A DNA stretch of 64,000 nucleotides, from NCBI GenBank assembly GCA_963674745.2, contig CAXXDV010000001.1, forward strand, positions 1,952,001-2,016,000. The letters run 5' to 3'. The position numbers and the translations under genes are program-made. The stretch is from Desulfosudaceae bacterium. GTDB taxonomy: Bacteria; Desulfobacterota; Desulfobacteria; Desulfobacterales; Desulfosudaceae. The notes beneath the pieces are model-generated. The model saw only the letters and a list, made by a program, of their open reading frames with translations, was not told the origin of the DNA and did not search any database. This document shows, piece by piece, positions 45,709-54,890 of this stretch (position 1 is its first letter; every line of letters starts with the position of its first letter).

Positions 45709-46001
45709 GATTTGTTTTCCATATAACGCCCATCAGGCGTGGTGACAGTGTAATGCACTCAAAAAAATCAAAGAAACTGACTAAAACCCGTTGCTCTCCA
45801 GCTTGTATGCTATTTCGCTTGATAACCATAACATATTATGGTTTTTGATTAAAAATGAACTATTTATTGTAACCTGCCTCAGATGAGGCTGGCCAGTCAA
45901 TCATTTGGGCAAGTTTTTATCAAATCAATTATCATCTGCTATCCGTATGAAGGTTGTCCCGGGTAATAAGGCCTTATCATGCGTGTAGCGGGAGAACGTG
46001 C

Positions 46002-47024
46002 TTAGTTGCTCGAAGTTGTCTTTTCATTTAGCCTTTGGTTTGTAAACTGTAAGTCTGTAGATTTCGAAACAAAAGCTATTTTGTACTTGAAGTAGTCGAG
46101 CATATTCTTTGCGGCGGTCTTTTTATCGAATTCCGGCCCCCCCATTGCAATTGAGCAATCTTCAAGTACAATAATTGTTACGGGCACACGTTTTGTGTCA
46201 ATTCCAGCAAGGGCATTGATGCCTGTATTACGTTGTAGCATGCATTCATTCAATGCACCGCCGATATAGAGAAGTACATTTATTTTTTCTTTCCACATAA
46301 CATAACGAAATTCCATATGCGAACAGAGAACGTATTCATTTGAGAGTGGTGTAAGGTGTCGGGATATGTCACGGTCTGATCTCGGGTATACTTCGTAGAT
46401 AGGTGCTTTGCTCACGCTTCTGATTTTTTGTGCCTGCCGCCAAACACGATTGTTCGGCAAAGGCCATTTTAAGAAGGGGGCGGGGTTTTGCGGGGCGATC
46501 TCAAACTGCCTTGCAAAGTCTTTTACTTCCTCCTTCAACCGATGGTACTGTGAGTACTTATCCACAACGGGATGATTCGGCGCATGGATGATGGTTACAC
46601 CATGTTTGCGACATTCATTAAGAAGACGCTTCTGGTTGCGAAGTATAGGGTTTCCTGGCTCACTTGATTCATTCGGGCCAGCCCAAGTATCAACAAGAAC
46701 GAGCGCCGTCTCGTCAGCGTACACGTCAAGTATCGCATTACCCTCTTCTGCGACGGCATTCTTTCTTCCTTGCTCGTCTGTTTCTAACCTGAAACTGGGC
46801 AGGTACCGTACAGGAATACGCAATACTTGCTTTTGCCGTTCGGGGACTGCTTCTTGAGACACCAGCTCGGGTTTGTGCTGGTGAACCGATTTTTTCACAG
46901 CATAAAGAGGAAGTAGAAAGGTAAAGGCTCTATACCAGAGTGCTCCGAGGAGGATGCCGCAAAATAAAGTTATTACTATGGCCGGTAAAGCGTATTCCCT
47001 TTTAACTTGGTTCCGTTTTTTCAT
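46002..47024 (-). CDS. Membrane-anchored cysteine hydrolase (isochorismatase-like fold)
   Basis: N-terminal TM; TALVLVDTW, VTIIHAP, LLYIGGALNECML, IVLEDCS; GGGGAG RBS. Confidence 0.65.
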   Translation of the reverse strand: MKKRNQVKREYALPAIVITLFCGILLGALWYRAFTFLLPLYAVKKSVHQHKPELVSQEAVPERQKQVLRIPVRYLPSFRLETDEQGRKNAVAEEGNAILDVYADETALVLVDTWAGPNESSEPGNPILRNQKRLLNECRKHGVTIIHAPNHPVVDKYSQYHRLKEEVKDFARQFEIAPQNPAPFLKWPLPNNRVWRQAQKIRSVSKAPIYEVYPRSDRDISRHLTPLSNEYVLCSHMEFRYVMWKEKINVLLYIGGALNECMLQRNTGINALAGIDTKRVPVTIIVLEDCSIAMGGPEFDKKTAAKNMLDYFKYKIAFVSKSTDLQFTNQRLNEKTTSSN

Positions 47025-47437
47025 TTTTTATCTCCCCTATGGGCTGAATGTCAGTTATGATGCCTTATTCTGTTTGCGCTGTCATCCTCAACCAAAAGGG
47101 CGCAAATAAATGCTTTCGAGAGAATCGTCGAATTCTCAAGTAAAACCCGTACGCTCTCATGATCCGGTCAATATTATGAAACCTATTGTATGTATTGCAT
47201 GCTGTTCCGAAAAAAATTACTTTAAATTGGGCTCTAATGAAATTACCTCATCTAAACAGGGCCTCTCCGTTCAATAATGCGCACAAGTCATTTCCGTCAA
47301 CATCTACTTTGATAAAGTTGGCGTTGGTTTCTATGTAGCTCTTTGCGTTCAGCGGTTTCATACAGCTTTGTTCAAACAGGTGGTTGTTCACGATACCGTA
47401 TATGAAAAACGATGCAGCACCACGGTTGAATTGTGTC

Positions 47438-49132
47438 TTATTTGTCCAATCCCAGGGTGCCGCCGGGGTTCATGATGTTGTGGGGATCAAAGTGGTTTTT
47501 GAGGGTTCGCAGAACCGCCATTTGTTCCTTGCCCAGGTGCTTTTCCATCCACGGTCCCATCATTTTGCCCACGCCATGATGGTGACTGAGTGACCCCCCG
47601 TGTTTTTCGATTTCATCAATAACACCACGCTGGAACGCCAGAAATTGATCGGTCGGCATGGTGCGCCGGATAAAAATAAAATAGAGGTTGGTGCCCTGCT
47701 GGTAAAAATGAGAAGCATGGGTCATGCAGATGGTGTGAGGCTGACTTTTAATATAGGCTCGCACGCCCTTGTGAAGGTTGTGGAGGTTGTCCCAGGTTAC
47801 CGACGATTCCAGGGTATCGATTATAACCCCGAAATCATTAAGGTCTTCCCGCATGAACGGGTCGCTGAACCGGCCGTGCATCCACTTGTTGGTGGGGTAG
47901 CTGGTCAGGTTCATGCCTTTGTGTTTGCGGCATATTCTTTTGCAGTTTCTTTTCACTAATTCTGCAAATTGTTCTTCTCCGTCGGCCTGACCGATTAACA
48001 GGCACCTTTTTCCGGGCATCTGTTTTTTGAAAACCATCAGTCGATCCAGGAGAGATCCCGATATGCCGAACATGTTTAAGGCCACGTCTGTCTCTTCCGG
48101 ATCGGAAATACGCAGAATCGAAGGCATGCCGAATTCGCCCTGGCAGATATCGCGGGCGGCATTTACTGCGGCTTCCCAATCCGGCATCATGTAGGCAAAT
48201 GGTTGCCGGTTTTCAGGAAAATAGCGAAATATTTTCATAGTAACTGCAACAAGAATGCCATAGCATCCCTCACTGCCTTTCATAATGTCATTAACCTTGG
48301 GGCCGGTAGCCGTGGCCGGATAGGGCAGGGTAGCGAAAGTGCCGGTCGGGGTGATATATTCCTGGCTGATAACAAGATCATAGGCATCACCGTAATATGA
48401 AGAATTCTGTCCCGCGCCCAGGGTGACCACCCAGCCGCCCACCGACGAGTATTCAAAGGACTGGGGAAAATGCCCGCCGGTATAACGATAAGAAGCACCA
48501 AACTGTTCCGGTGCACTGTTTAAGGCCTTTTCATAATCCGGGCCCATGAGCCCCGGTTCGACCGTGATGGTCTGGCGGGTTTCGTTAAAATCGAGGATGC
48601 GGTTCATGTGCGTCCCCATGGCCAGGGTGACCCCGCCCCGCCGACAGGACAGACCGAGGGTAACGGAACTGCCGCCGCCATATATGTTGACGGGAATTTT
48701 TCGTTCATGGCACAGGGCCACGATTTTTTTCACATCTTCCTTGTCCCGCGGATGGGCCACCACGTCGGCCAGGTCTTCGATAACCTGCTCCCGCAATTTT
48801 AAAATATCTTCCATGGCTTTGCCCGAGGAGAATTTAAGGCGGCTGTATGTATCCGTGAAAATGTTTTCTTCACCGACAATATTCACCAGGGAGGCCAGGT
48901 CTTCGGCTGAAATGGCCGGTGGGATTTCCCGGCTGACCCGTTCATCACCGGTGCTGGCTTTCCGCTTAAAGTCTTCGTCGGTCAACCCCAGTGTTTCTTT
49001 GACGGCCCGGTAAAATCCCTGGCTGGGATGTTTAACGCGTTCGGGTGCGCCCCATTTAAAAATTGATCTGAATGTATCCTGCTCGGGCGGGGTGTCTGTC
49101 CAGTCCGGTGTAAAAGATGAATCTTTTGACAT
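47438..49132 (-). CDS. FAD-linked oxidoreductase, alkylglycerone-phosphate (alkyl-DHAP) synthase-like
   Basis: YGGGSSV, GHFPQSFEYSSVGGW, GSEG.YG, HASHFY..GTNLYF, SHHHGVG, DP.NIMNPG. Confidence 0.88.
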   Translation of the reverse strand: MSKDSSFTPDWTDTPPEQDTFRSIFKWGAPERVKHPSQGFYRAVKETLGLTDEDFKRKASTGDERVSREIPPAISAEDLASLVNIVGEENIFTDTYSRLKFSSGKAMEDILKLREQVIEDLADVVAHPRDKEDVKKIVALCHERKIPVNIYGGGSSVTLGLSCRRGGVTLAMGTHMNRILDFNETRQTITVEPGLMGPDYEKALNSAPEQFGASYRYTGGHFPQSFEYSSVGGWVVTLGAGQNSSYYGDAYDLVISQEYITPTGTFATLPYPATATGPKVNDIMKGSEGCYGILVAVTMKIFRYFPENRQPFAYMMPDWEAAVNAARDICQGEFGMPSILRISDPEETDVALNMFGISGSLLDRLMVFKKQMPGKRCLLIGQADGEEQFAELVKRNCKRICRKHKGMNLTSYPTNKWMHGRFSDPFMREDLNDFGVIIDTLESSVTWDNLHNLHKGVRAYIKSQPHTICMTHASHFYQQGTNLYFIFIRRTMPTDQFLAFQRGVIDEIEKHGGSLSHHHGVGKMMGPWMEKHLGKEQMAVLRTLKNHFDPHNIMNPGGTLGLDK

Positions 49133-49168
49133 GGTGTTTTCCTTTTTTTGCTGATGACTTGATTGCTG

Positions 49169-50716
49169 TTATTCAGGGTATCCGGTAATGTCTCTGATAT
49201 CTTTGTAAAGGGGGGCCAGCGCGCCATACATGCGCTGGTAAACCCGGTGATATAAACGGTCATAAATTTTTACCGCTTCAGGATCCGGCTCGAAACGGGT
49301 CTGGTGGGTCACCATGCCGTCAATGGCTTCCTGGAACGAGGGGTACAGGCCCAGGCCGACGGCAGTAACTATGGCCGCGCCCAGGCCGGATGTCTCGTGG
49401 GTTTTTCCCCGGACCATGGGCAGGTTGAAAATATCGGCCACGATTTTACAGATTTCATCGCTTTGCGAGGCCCCGCCGGATACAGCCGCGGCCCTGACAG
49501 GTGTTTTGCCGGCCTTTTGCATCCTCTCCAGGCCGTCCCGCAGGGCAAAGCCCAATCCTTCGATGACCGAGCGATAGATATGCCCCTTGGTATGGACATC
49601 ACCGAATCCGATCATGGCCCCTTTGGCGGAAGGGTGGTTAAATCCCGGGCTCCAGTAGGGTTGCACCACCAGGCCCATGGAGCCGGGATGCGTGTTCACC
49701 AGGTGACGGTTTAAAACCACTTCGGCGGGTATGCCCTGCTTTGCGGCTTCCTGGACTTCTTCGTAAGCGAATTCGTTTTTGAACCAGGATATCATCCAGA
49801 ACCCCCGGAAAATTTCTACCTCCGGGTTGTAATAACCGGGTATCGGGGCGGGATAGGGCGGCATAAAGCGAATGGCTTCAAAATATCTGTCGGTCGTGGT
49901 CTGGACCGTGGCGGTCGTGCCGAAACTCAGGCTGACCATGGTCTGATCGATGACCCCCGCGCCGATGGTCTCACACCCCTTGTCCGAACCGCAGGCGATA
50001 ACCGGGATGCCTTCAGCCAGTCCGGTGGCCGCGGCCGCCGCAGAGGTGATGTTGCCGATATTTTCGCCGGGTTGAACGATGTCCGGAAGTTTTTCGGCTT
50101 CCACGGGGAAGATCAGAGACGGCAGCTCAAGCTTTTTGGCCCAGCGGATTTTTTTGTAATTAAAAGGGATATGGCCGATCTGTGAGGCCACGGAATCGGC
50201 AAAAACGCCGGTCAGCCTGAAGTTTAAAAAACCGGAAATCTGGAGGTATTTGTGGGTGGCTTCCCATATTTCCGGCTGGTTCTGGCGTATCCAGTTGCAT
50301 TTTCCCTCGGCCTGCAGCAGGTTTATGGACTCTTCCATATCGATCAGTTTCAGCACAAGCTTGATGATTTTAGGCGGGACAAAAGGCGGCTTTGCTTTGC
50401 GCTGATCCAGCCAGATGATGGTCGGTCTCAGCGGCGTGCCGCTTTTATCCACGCTGACCATGCTGGCCCGTTGAGAGGTCACCCCTAAACCGGCGACGGC
50501 TGCGAAGTGATCCGGGGCATCGGCTTTCAGTTGTTGACAGGCCTGGCACAGACTGTTCCAGAAGATTTCCGGATCCTGTTCCGCCCAGCCGGGCTTGACA
50601 CTGAAATAGGGGGCATATTCGATTTGTGCCCGGGCCAGCAGGTCCCCGTTCAGAGAGAAAAGAAGCGCCCGCAGGCTCTGGGTACCGCAGTCGATAGATA
50701 AAAGTGTTTTATTCAT
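49169..50716 (-). CDS. FGGY-family carbohydrate/glycerol kinase
   Basis: SIDCGTQSLRA, GWAEQDP, WLDQR, LSFGTT, VSGGASQS, LGAAI. Confidence 0.92.
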   Translation of the reverse strand: MNKTLLSIDCGTQSLRALLFSLNGDLLARAQIEYAPYFSVKPGWAEQDPEIFWNSLCQACQQLKADAPDHFAAVAGLGVTSQRASMVSVDKSGTPLRPTIIWLDQRKAKPPFVPPKIIKLVLKLIDMEESINLLQAEGKCNWIRQNQPEIWEATHKYLQISGFLNFRLTGVFADSVASQIGHIPFNYKKIRWAKKLELPSLIFPVEAEKLPDIVQPGENIGNITSAAAAATGLAEGIPVIACGSDKGCETIGAGVIDQTMVSLSFGTTATVQTTTDRYFEAIRFMPPYPAPIPGYYNPEVEIFRGFWMISWFKNEFAYEEVQEAAKQGIPAEVVLNRHLVNTHPGSMGLVVQPYWSPGFNHPSAKGAMIGFGDVHTKGHIYRSVIEGLGFALRDGLERMQKAGKTPVRAAAVSGGASQSDEICKIVADIFNLPMVRGKTHETSGLGAAIVTAVGLGLYPSFQEAIDGMVTHQTRFEPDPEAVKIYDRLYHRVYQRMYGALAPLYKDIRDITGYPE

Positions 50717-50753
50717 TTTCTAGTTCCAGTTTCTATAAATAGTTTTTCCGAAG

Positions 50754-50858
50754 GCCCCTTGAAATAGAGGTTTCAAGGGGTCAAGGATTCCAGGGTTCGA
50801 GGGGCTATGGACACCTGAAAGCCAAAAGCCCCCTCGGCCCCTTGCCCCCTTGAATCCT
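50754..50858. repeat. Octamer-array palindromic element (copy 4), inside the glpD-kinase operon
   Basis: GGTTTCAAGGGGTCAAGGATTCCAGGGTTCGAGGGGC ... GCCCCCTCGGCCCCTTGCCCCCTTGAATCCT. Confidence 0.75.
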
Positions 50859-52414
50859 TAAGAAGTCGGTGGTCCATAATATTTCTGCCAGGTCTCAAGG
50901 TAATTTTTTTTCTCTTTTTCCCAGCGTACGTCATCCCATCCCAGCAGTGGTCGGCAGAGTTCGCCGACCCTGTCAAGAGCGGCGCTGCCGCCTTCCGGTG
51001 CCAGCAGTCCCAGCCGGACACGGCGGAGCAACAGGTCGGTCAGGTGACGTACCTGCTCGTGTTGCACGGCATGGACGATTTCCGCCCACAGAATATTGGT
51101 GTTGGCAACCGTGTCGGAATTTTCTTCCAGACAGAATTTGAATATGGATTGAGCCTGTTGCCCGTACCGGCCAAACAGACGCTGCAAAACGGCCGAAGAA
51201 ATATTGTCCACGGGCCCCTGTTTCGGCCCGGGGGTGATAAAAATCGGTTTCTTGTCGGGCGGCAGCGTGCAGTGCGGCAGATAGTCGGCGGCTGCTTTTA
51301 TGGCGTCCCGGGCCAGCAGGCGGAACGTTGTCAGTTTGCCGCCGGTGACGGTGACCAGGCCGTTGTTTTTCCAGACCACGTGCTCCCGGGATTCCTGGGA
51401 GGCGGCTTTATGACCCCGGCTCAGAACAGGGCGCACACCGGCGATAGAGGCAATCGCGTCAGACCGGGTCAGTGGCAAATCCGGCATGATGAAATTCATG
51501 CCCGCCATAAGATAATCCGCCTCGGCTGCCGATATGGCCGGGTTTAAATCCAGGTCCCGGTCATGGTCAATGTCGGTGGTGCCCAGAATGGCAACCCCTT
51601 CCCAGGGGAACATGAACACCGGTCGTTTGTCGGCCGGATGCATAAAGCTGACCACATGATTCACCGGAAATTTTTTCCTGGGGAAAATCAGGTGACTGCC
51701 GCGCAAAGGCCGCAGGTGAAGACCGCTCCGGGGCGAGGGGTGCAGCCGTTCCGCCCAGGCGCCGGTGGCGTTGATGACGGCTTTTGTTTGCAGTTCCACG
51801 GTCTGTTTTGTGTCGGCGTCTTCCACCGCGACTCCGGCAACGTTCCCCAGCTTGTTCCGGATAATATCGACCACCCGGGCATAGTTGACGGCACAGCCGC
51901 CGGCTGCCACCGCTTCATTGATCAGCCGCAATACCAGGCGGGCATCGTCCACCTGGGCGTCTTTAAAATAAAATCCGCCGGTCAGGTTGTTTTGCCGCAA
52001 ATAAGGGATCTGTTCAGAGATTTGTCGGGCATTATAACCGACATGCTGTTTTTCAAGGGCCATCAGGCTGTAAACGGTCAGACCTATCCCCATGATCGTT
52101 TTAGAGGGGCCGAAATCCGTGAATACCGGCATGAGAAAACCCAGCGGGTCCACCAGTCCCGGGGCTTCATTCAGCAGCCGCTGCCGTTCCTTTACAGAAG
52201 CCCTGGTCAGCAGCGGTTTGCCGTCTTTTAAATAACGCAGCCCGCCGTGTACCATTTTTGATGAGCGGCTCGATGTCCCCCAGGCAAAATCATGGGCCTC
52301 TAAAAGGAGAACGCGCATGTTCATGCGCACGGCTTCGCTGAAAATACCGGCTCCGGTAACCCCGCCGCCGATAACGACCAGGTCCCACTCTTTGTTTATA
52401 TCGGTAAGATTCAT
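50858..52414 (-). CDS. glpD: FAD-dependent glycerol-3-phosphate dehydrogenase/oxidase
   Basis: IGGGVTGAG, DFAWGTSSRSSKMVHGGLRYL, DDARL, GVRP, TGGKLTTFR; start taken at the ATG overlapping the regulator stop. Confidence 0.9.
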   Translation of the reverse strand: MNLTDINKEWDLVVIGGGVTGAGIFSEAVRMNMRVLLLEAHDFAWGTSSRSSKMVHGGLRYLKDGKPLLTRASVKERQRLLNEAPGLVDPLGFLMPVFTDFGPSKTIMGIGLTVYSLMALEKQHVGYNARQISEQIPYLRQNNLTGGFYFKDAQVDDARLVLRLINEAVAAGGCAVNYARVVDIIRNKLGNVAGVAVEDADTKQTVELQTKAVINATGAWAERLHPSPRSGLHLRPLRGSHLIFPRKKFPVNHVVSFMHPADKRPVFMFPWEGVAILGTTDIDHDRDLDLNPAISAAEADYLMAGMNFIMPDLPLTRSDAIASIAGVRPVLSRGHKAASQESREHVVWKNNGLVTVTGGKLTTFRLLARDAIKAAADYLPHCTLPPDKKPIFITPGPKQGPVDNISSAVLQRLFGRYGQQAQSIFKFCLEENSDTVANTNILWAEIVHAVQHEQVRHLTDLLLRRVRLGLLAPEGGSAALDRVGELCRPLLGWDDVRWEKEKKNYLETWQKYYGPPTS

Positions 52415-53121
52415 GACTGATGCTTTCCCCGGTTTGGTTGAAATTGTTCCCATATCCGCAGACTTTCTTCCATTGCTTCGCGGACAATAGGCTCGATGTC
52501 CGATTGATTGTGGATGGCCTGAACCAGCCTGGCATAATACCCTGAAGAAGCGGTTCGCCCTTCTTCAAGCATAAAGTAACTTCCCCCCAGTGCTTTGAAT
52601 ACCGGGGCAAAATCGTTGAGGATCAGGGGATAAATCAAGTTACCGCTTCGCTTTGCCATCATGGATTGCAACCGCCAGTCAAAAGCGGCGTAATCCATGG
52701 CGGACGAGGCGAGTGTTGCCGCCCCCTGAAGATGGGTGAGAAAATGTTCTGCGTGGTTTGGAACCGCCGTTTTGGCGCAGGCCGGTAGAAAAGTCGCCCG
52801 GGCCTGGAGCAGATGGGATACAAAAGTGGGTGGTAAATATTCGGTGAAATTAACCAGGGTCTTTAAAATTCCCAGGCCGCCTTCAATCCAGTAATCATTT
52901 ATAATGGTTGGTTTGCCGTGCTGAATGGTGATCCAGCGGTCTGCGGCCAGGCGCTGCAGGAGCTCCCGAATGGTCGGGCGGGTGACGTTCATTTGTTCGG
53001 CCAGTGCCCGTTCTCCGGGAAGGAAAGACCCCGGCGCATAAGTGCCGTTCAGAATGGAAGTAACCAGCTGATGCTCGGCATATTGGGTGGGACGCAGAAG
53101 CGTTTTTTCAGAATCGAGCAT
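52411..53121 (-). CDS. fadR: GntR-family regulator, FadR-like
   Basis: LPGERALAEQMNVTRPTIRELLQRLAADRWITIQHGKPT...GGLGIL closely resembles the E. coli FadR N-terminus; GGAGGA RBS before ATG at 53121. Confidence 0.82.
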   Translation of the reverse strand: MLDSEKTLLRPTQYAEHQLVTSILNGTYAPGSFLPGERALAEQMNVTRPTIRELLQRLAADRWITIQHGKPTIINDYWIEGGLGILKTLVNFTEYLPPTFVSHLLQARATFLPACAKTAVPNHAEHFLTHLQGAATLASSAMDYAAFDWRLQSMMAKRSGNLIYPLILNDFAPVFKALGGSYFMLEEGRTASSGYYARLVQAIHNQSDIEPIVREAMEESLRIWEQFQPNRGKHQS

Positions 53122-53124
53122 AAA

Positions 53125-53172
53125 TCCTCCTAACTGGTAAGAGGTCATACCAGTTAGGAGGAGGGTTGTCAA
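53125..53172 (-). promoter_or_regulatory. Promoter with overlapping FadR-type operator and 15-bp inverted repeat
   Basis: TTGACA (53172-53167) 17 nt from TG-N-TATGAC; AAGAGGTCATACCAGTT resembles the FadR box AACTGGTCnGACCAGTT; TCCTCCTAACTGGTA-8-TACCAGTTAGGAGGA. Confidence 0.7.
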
Positions 53173-53313
53173 GAAAAAAATCAGGTGCAGTGTTTTTGAC
53201 TGGCTTTCTGAAAAAATACGTCTAAAATTCATTTGTGTGCCCGCATTAAGGTCGGGTCTGTGGCTGGTTTACAGCCGGATTTTGATAACTCCATTTTTGA
53301 AGGATTATGTAAT

Positions 53314-53916
53314 ATGAAAACATTTAAAACCCCTGGTTTCCTTTTAGTCTTATTGGTGATGGTTTTCAGTCTTTCCGCCATTGCCATGGCCGATGATGTG
53401 ACCGATTCCATCAATGAAGGACTTCAATATTATAAGGACGGTCAGTTTACCGATGCGGTTTCCAGCCTGAATTACGCCGAGCAGCTGATTCAGCAGAAAA
53501 AAAGCAGCGGCCTGGAAACGTTTCTGCCCGATCCCCTTTCCGGCTGGGAAGCGGAAGCCGCTTCTTCCCAGGCTATGGGCGCGGCCTTGATGGGTGGCGG
53601 TATTACCGCAGAGCGGGATTACCACAAATCAGGCAGCGCCATCCACATCCAGATTGTGGCTGATTCCCCGGTGCTTTCAAGTGTTATGATGATGATTTCC
53701 AATCCCATGTTTGCTACCGCCGATGGCGGCAAGATGGTGAAAATCGCCGGGCAGAAAGGTATTCTAAAGCATGACGCCGCTCAAAAATCGGGTGACCTTC
53801 AAATCGTTGTAGCCAACCGGTTTCTGGTCAGCGTCGAAGGCAATGGCGTCAGCGAGCAGGAACTCAAGGATTATGCCGGTGCTATTGATTATAACAAGAT
53901 GGCCAAACTGCCGTAG
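53314..53916 (+). CDS. Hypothetical exported protein
   Basis: Signal peptide ending AIAMA-DD; no family recognised. Confidence 0.75.
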   Translation: MKTFKTPGFLLVLLVMVFSLSAIAMADDVTDSINEGLQYYKDGQFTDAVSSLNYAEQLIQQKKSSGLETFLPDPLSGWEAEAASSQAMGAALMGGGITAERDYHKSGSAIHIQIVADSPVLSSVMMMISNPMFATADGGKMVKIAGQKGILKHDAAQKSGDLQIVVANRFLVSVEGNGVSEQELKDYAGAIDYNKMAKLP

Positions 53917-53925
53917 CAGGAAATT

Positions 53926-54372
53926 ATGAAAAAAGGACTTTTTTATATCATGCTGGTGATGGTGACGATCATTGCGGGATGTGCCGGACGGGAGCCGACG
54001 CTGGGTATTGACAGTGGCCGGCTCACACCCTGCCCGGACTCGCCCAACTGTGTCAACAGCCAGGCTCCGACCGGGGATAAGCATTTTATTCCGTCCATTG
54101 AATATACGTGCACCCGGCAGGAAGCCCGCCAACGGTTGCTAAAAATCATTCAGAGCACCAGCCGGACGCGAATTATAACATCGGCCGAAGACTATATCCG
54201 GGTGGCATTCACCAGCCGGATATTCCGGTTTGTGGATGACGTTGAATTTTATTTTCCCCAAGAGCCGCTCATTCATGTCCGCTCGGCATCCCGGGTGGGT
54301 TATTCGGACCTGGGCGCCAACCGGAAACGTGTTGAACGCATTCGGGAACACTTTTCAGGGGTGAGTGATTGA
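53926..54372 (+). CDS. DUF1499-family lipoprotein
   Basis: Lipobox IAGC; PCPDSPNCVNSQ, FVDDVEF, VRSASRVGYSDLGANRKR. Confidence 0.88.
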   Translation: MKKGLFYIMLVMVTIIAGCAGREPTLGIDSGRLTPCPDSPNCVNSQAPTGDKHFIPSIEYTCTRQEARQRLLKIIQSTSRTRIITSAEDYIRVAFTSRIFRFVDDVEFYFPQEPLIHVRSASRVGYSDLGANRKRVERIREHFSGVSD

Positions 54373-54401
54373 CGTCTGCAGGGGCAAGGAAACATATTCA
54401 A

Positions 54402-54430
54402 GTAGGGGCGGCCACGGGGGCCGCTCCTAC
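54402..54430. repeat. GTAG-type REP-like palindrome
   Basis: GTAGGGGCGGCC-acggg-GGCCGCTCCTAC. Confidence 0.65.
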
Positions 54431-54772
54431 TTACCCATCATGTCTGACAGGCACTGATACGCCAGTTGCAGCGAATAATCCAAGACCTGGTTCAGCATCC
54501 ATTTGACATACAGGTTGACGGTTTTTTTTTGTTGAGCGGATGGCCGGCTGGTGGCCGGGGTCCAGTTTGTAAGCCATGTCCAAGGTCGCCTGGTCGGGGT
54601 CGGGCTCCTTAAGATCGGCCCCGGCGAAGAAGGCCTTTCCCGCCCCGCTCAGGGTACTCACCTGCACCGCATGGCCTTTTCTGATATCCGCGAAGATGTC
54701 CGTCAGCCCGGTATAAAATTGTTTTCTTATATGCTTCGGGCATGATGGCGGATTTCGTTGGCTCAGATTCAA
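54431..54772 (-). pseudogene. Enoyl-CoA hydratase/crotonase gene remnant
   Basis: LSGAGKAFFAGADLKE matches the crotonase oxyanion motif (GxGxAFCAGxDL); ORF is too short and its flanks are degraded. Confidence 0.6.
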
Positions 54773-54890
54773 TTCCGCGACGCGTTGTTAACCGGGAAAA
54801 ATATTGACACATAGACGCTTTGTTGATATATACAACTGTATAAAAAACAACCCGTATATCTTGTTATCATTTTTTTACAGGAGCCGATCA

